From: Squalus acanthias
Lineage: Eukaryota
DNA: 64,000 nt
Direction of reading: 5' to 3'
Assembly: GCA_030390025.1 (NCBI GenBank)
Contig: CM059425.1
Span: 167,030,001 to 167,094,000, forward strand
Below, piece after piece: positions 58,726 through 64,000 of this stretch. The translations under genes and the position numbers were made by a program. Below the pieces are notes generated by a model, which was not told the origin of the DNA, ran no database searches, and saw nothing but the letters and a program-made list of their open reading frames with translations. Position 1 is the stretch's first letter. The number at the start of each line of letters is the position of its first letter.

Positions 58726-61700
58726 TCTTCTTCTTCTTAGGCAGTCCCTCGGAACCGAGGATGACTTGCTTCCACACTAAAAATGAGTTCTCAGGTGACT
58801 GATGAGTCCAATGCGGGACCTACAATCTCTGTCACAGGTGGGGCAGACGGTGGTTGCCGGGGCGGGTGGGTGGGGTGCTTGGGTTGACGTGCGTTCCTTC
58901 CGCTGTTTGCACTTGGCCTCCGCTTGCTCCCGGCAAAGAGACACGAGTTGTTCGGTGTCTTCCCGGATGCTTCTCCTCCACTTTGTGCAGTCTTGGGCCA
59001 GGGATTCCCAGGAGTCGGTGGGGATGTTGCACATTTTCAAGGAGGCTTTGAGGGTGTCCTTGAAGTGTTTCCTCTGCCCACCTGGGGCTCTCTTGCCGTG
59101 TCGGAGCTCCGAGTAGAGCTCTTGTTTTGGGAGTCTCGTATCGGGCATGCGGATGATGTGGCCCGTCCATCGGAGCTGATCGAGCATGGTCAAAGCTTCG
59201 ATGCTGGGGATGTTGGCCTGAGCGACAACACTGACATTGGTGTGCCTATCCTGCCAATGGATTTGCAGGATCTTGCGGAGGCAGCGTTGGTGGTATCTCT
59301 CCAGTGCTTTGAGGTGCCTGCTGTACATGGTCCATGTCTCTGAGGCATACAGGAGGGCAGGTATCACTACTGCTCTGTAGACCATGAACTTGGTGCTGGG
59401 TTTGAGGTCCTGGTCTTCAAACACGCTCTTCCTCAGGCGACCGAAGGCTGCACTGGCACACTGAAGGCGGTGTTGGACTTCGTCGTCGACGTCTGCCCTT
59501 GTTGACAGTAGGCTCCCGAGGTATGGAAAGTGGTCCACGTTGTCCAGGGCCTCGTCATGGATTTTGATAATCGGGGGGCAGTACTGTGTGGCGGGGCAGG
59601 TTTGTAGAGGGCCTTTGTCTTACGGATGTTTAGTGTAAGGCCCATGCTCTCGTACGCTTCGGTGAAGGTGTTGACGATGGTTTGGAGTTCGACCTCAGAG
59701 TGTGCGCAGACGAAAGCGTCGTCTGCATACTGTAATTCGATGACAGAGGATGGGACGACCTTGGATCCGGACTGGAGGCAATGGAGGTTGAACAGTTTCT
59801 CGTTTGTTCTGTAGATTAGCTCCACTCCAGTGGGGAGCTTACTGAGGGTGAGATGGAGCATTGCAGCCAGGAAGATCGAGAAGAGCGTTGGTGCGATAAC
59901 ACAGCCTTGCTTGACCCCGGTCCGTACGTGAATTGGGTCTGTGGTGGATCCGTTGGTCAGGATCACGGCTTGCATGTCGTCATGAAGCAGGCGGAGGATG
60001 GTGACAAACTTTTGAGGGCAGCCGAATTTGAGGAGGACACTCCATAATCCCTCATGGTTGACGGTGTCGAAGGCCTTTGTGAAGGCCATGTACAGCGGTT
60101 GGTGCTGTTCCTTGCATTTCTCTTGTAGTTGATGCGCGGTGAAGATCATGTCCATTGTGCTCCTTAGTGGGCGGAATCCGCATTGCGACTCTGGAAGGAG
60201 CTCTTCAGCCACTGGAAGAAGGCGATTGAGGAGGATTCTTGCGATGACTTTCCCTGTGGCAGACAGTAGGGAGACTCCTCTCTAATTACCGCAATCGGAC
60301 TTGTCACCTTTCTTGAAGATGGTCACGATTACGGCGTCTCTGAGATCCCCTGGCATGCTCTCCTCCTTCCAAATAAGAGAAATGAGTTCATGTATTCACG
60401 CCAATAGTGCATCTCCGCCATGTTTTAGCGCCTCGGCGGGGATTCCATCTGCTCCTGAGGCCTTGTTGTTGTTCAGTTGTCGGATGGCCTTTTCAACCTC
60501 ATGCCGGGCTGGGGTTGTGCTGAAGTGGTGGCGGGTAGTATGCTGCGGGATGGAGTTGAGGACATTCGCGTCGAAGACAGAGTCGCGGTTAAGGAGATCT
60601 TCGAAGTGCTCCTTCCAGCGGGCACTGACTGCCTCTCTGTCCTTGATGAATACCTCTCCGTTCTTGGCCCGTAGTGGGGTAGGACCTTGGGTGCTTGGGC
60701 CGTAGGTGGTCTTGACTGCGCTAAAGAATCCACGCACATCGTGGTTGTCGGCTAGCTGCTGGATCTCCTGCGCTTTCTCCGCCCACCATCTGTTCTTTAG
60801 GTCGCGAGTTTTTTGTTGGACCTCAGCCTTCAGGCGTCTGTAGAACTGCTTTCTTGCTCTCGGGTTCTGTTGCTGTTTCCATATCAGGAATGCCTTGCGC
60901 TTGCGGCTTATTAGCTCCTGGATCTCCTGGTCGTTCTCGTCGAACCAGTCTTGGTGTTTCCTGGTCGAGTGACCGAGCGTCTCTTCACAGGTGCTGATTA
61001 TGGAGGCCTTGAGTGCAGACCAGGCACTGTGGACACTCTGTGTCTCTGCATCACTGGGAGTCGTCAGGTTGGTTGTGAGGTGCAGGCTGAATAGGGCTTT
61101 CTTAGCAGGGTCTTTGAGTGCTCCAGCGTTAATATTCCTCCGGCATTGTTTCTGTTGCTGCCGCTGTTTTGGGGCTACGTTGATGGAGATGACAGAGCGG
61201 ATTAGGCGGTGGTCTGTCCAGCAGTCATCAGCTCCTGTCATGGTGCAGGTGATGCAGACGTCCTTGCGGTCCCTCGCTCGGACGATGACGTAGTCCAGCA
61301 GATGCCAGTCCTTGGAGCGAGGGTGTTGCCATGAAGCCTTGTACTTTTCTCTCTAACGGAACAAGGTGTTGGTTATGACAAGGCCATGTTCTAAGCATTT
61401 CGTCAGGAGGAGGGTACCGTTGGAGTTGGCTTTCCCTACCCCCTCTCTGCCGATCACACCTCCCCAGATGTCTGTGTCCTTTTCAACTCTGGTGTTAAAG
61501 TCACCAAGGAGGATCAGCTTGTCGCCCGTTGGGACTCGGAACAGGGATTGTTCGAGGCTGGAGTAGAATTCCTCTTTGGTCTCATCTGTGGCTTCCAGTG
61601 TTGGGGCGTACGCACTGATGACCGTAGCACACTGGTTCTGGGCTAGGGTGAGCCGTAGATTCACGAAGAGTTTGGTTATTCCACAAAGGGAGTCTCTGAG

Positions 61701-61995
61701 ACATTCAACTGTCTCCTTTTTTAGCGAAGCCTACCCCATGGAGGCAGTGTTCTTCTTCAGGTTTGCCTTTCCAGAAGAAGGTGTAAGCACCGCCTTGCTC
61801 CTTGAGCTGCCCTTCCCTTGCCCGCCGGGTCTCGCTTAGGGCGGCGATGCCTATGTCGAAACGTCTGAGCTACCGGGCAACAATAGCAGTACGGCGCTCT
61901 GGTCTGTTGCTGTTGGGGTTGTCCATGAGGGTCCTGACGTTCCAGGTCCCGAATTTCATTTTAAAGGGTGGAAGATGCCTGTGCGAGAATTCTCT
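58726..61995 (-). mobile_element. Near full-length RTE-clade LINE (APE + RT), disrupted
   Basis: MKFGTWNVRTL start at ~61959, LGDFN, GVKQGCVIAP, YADD, C-terminal CPTC..HLRTH, (GAA)n tail. Confidence 0.92.
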
Positions 61996-63364
61996 TAACA
62001 TTGTTTCCCCTGCTCCCTGTGATGAGCACCTATTCAAGACAAACACTTACAACTGACTGACTGTTAACTGCCACTGGCAGGCAACTTCTGTTAACTACAG
62101 TTTTTAGGTTAAAATCAAAATCTTAAACTAAATTTCACTTTTTACAGCTTCTACTTACCCAATACTTACCAGGAATTCCTACTGTTTCCAAATTCCCAAA
62201 TAAAACGCTCTTTTTAAGTGCACTCCGTTTAATCCCACTCTGTGCAGACTGCTCTATTCTCTGCAGAAATGTTTACTCTTATACTCAACACCTTAGGTCT
62301 GAATTAGGCTTTTATCACTGGAAAAGCATATCAGGAAATCACAGGTGCACTCCCCATGAATTTACATCCATTAAATAAATGGAGCAGCATTCATACAATG
62401 CATTTTATTGGAGCTGATCACTCCACTTGCAGTCCACCACCTTGTGCAAGACTCAGTGGAAGCAATCCAGGCAGGGTTGCTTTGAGTTTCACTGTTCTGC
62501 AGTCATATCTTCACACCACATTTGTGTTTCTATATTTATAAATGTGGCACAAGACCCCTTGTATAATGAGGATATTTGACTGGAAGTCTTGTGTTAACAT
62601 TCGCTCGTACTGGTGTAAACCTACCAATGCAAATGAAATTATAGTAAAGTCACTGACGAAAAGAATTGCAAAAACAATAGCCTGTAATGTTTTATCTTTT
62701 AGAGTTTCACAAGGTTTCATTTAACAATATTGATAAATCTAATGAGCATTATGCATTGGGTTATAATTTATTACAAATATTAAACTTTACAGACGATTGA
62801 GTGAATTTCTAGTCAGATTAATTTCCATCCAGTATGAGTAAAACTGTATCCAAGACAAAGCCAACAGTGAACCACTAAACATCTCTGTCAACCTGTCTAC
62901 ACCGTCCACAAACACCAAACATCTCTGTCAACCTGTCCGCACCATCCACAAATGGATTTGCCCTTGAAAATGTGCATTATTGACTCTGGAAGCTGTTGCT
63001 CTGAGCTGTTGTCCGAATAAGAACTCCTGGTACCGAGAGAACACTCTCAGATCTAGAGCAAGGAATTAGAGTTGAAAACCTACCTACTAATTACCTTTTC
63101 TTGTTTTGTCATTTTAAATGACTTTATTTTTTTCAATGTATTGAATGCACAGGGAGCTGGGCAATCTCACATTAGAGTTGAGGACAGGGAGATGGGGCTT
63201 ACAGCAATGCTATGGTAGCTGTTTCCATGAAATTCTCATCTGAATGACAGTTTTTTTCATCTTCTTGTAGTTTTTAATTAAATCACAAAAAGGTGCAATA
63301 CCCACACAATCTGTATTGCAATCATAACAGACCAATTTTTAATTAAAGTGCTGATAAAAGATGG

Positions 63365-63945
63365 CAAAGTTAACATGCAGGTACAGCAAGCAATTAGGAA
63401 AGCAAATGGTGTGTTAGCCTTTATTGCAAGGGGGTTGTAAGAGTAAGGAAATCTTGCTGCAATTATATAGGGCTTTGGTGAGATCGCACCTGGAGTACTC
63501 AGAAGGGGTGCAACGGAGGTTCACTAGGTTGATTCCTGGGATGAGACGGTTGTCCTATGAGGAGAGATTGAGTAGAATGGGCCTATATTCTCTGGAGTTT
63601 AGAAGAATGAAACATATAAAATTGTTAGAGGGCTTGACAGGGTAAAATGCCGACAGGCTGTTTCCCCTGGCTGGAGACTCTAGAACTTGGGGCCATAGTC
63701 TCAGGCTAAGGGGTCGGCCATTTAGGACTGAGTTGAGGAGAAATTTCTTCACTCAGAGGGTTGTGAATCTTTGGAATTCTCTACCCCAGAGGGCTGTGGA
63801 TGCTGAGTCATTAAGTGTATTCAAGACTGGGTTTGTTAGATTTTTGGACATTAAGGGAATCAAAGGATATGGGGATAGGGCAGGAAAGTGGAGTTCAGGT
63901 AGAAGATCAGCCATGATCTTATTGAATGATGGAGCAGGCTCGAGG
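63365..63945 (+). mobile_element. CR1 3' fragment
   Basis: LYRALVRSHLEY, RRNFFTQRVVNLWNSLP. Confidence 0.85.
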
Positions 63946-64000
63946 TGCTACATAAATGCAAGTTGTTGTTGTATGGTGACAGTTGGCAGAACTTGAGACT

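Overview
Eukaryotic, repeat-dense DNA with no recognisable host exon. The repeat mix (CR1 and L2 LINEs, Deu-domain SINE, Penelope ends, RTE, Harbinger) suggests a cartilaginous-fish genome (inference). The centrepiece is a young 9.4-kb LTR provirus on the minus strand (21944-31358). It has 1704-bp near-identical LTRs, a CTGT target-site duplication and an 18-nt tRNA-Arg primer-binding site, but no pol. Its gag carries a PSAPPSY late domain and a CCHC knuckle and ends in a UGA-CUAG readthrough context that leads in frame into a coiled-coil/low-complexity ORF. Its env resembles a paramyxovirus-F-type fusion protein with an Ig-like domain in front, which is lokiretrovirus-like. The window also holds a full-length but disabled GC-rich Gypsy element, a solo LTR, RTE LINEs (one with a twin-priming inversion), Harbinger elements and MITEs, a hAT relic, Penelope ends with minimal hammerhead ribozymes, and LINEs with tRNA-like 5' heads. 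All family calls were made by eye from motifs; no searches were run.
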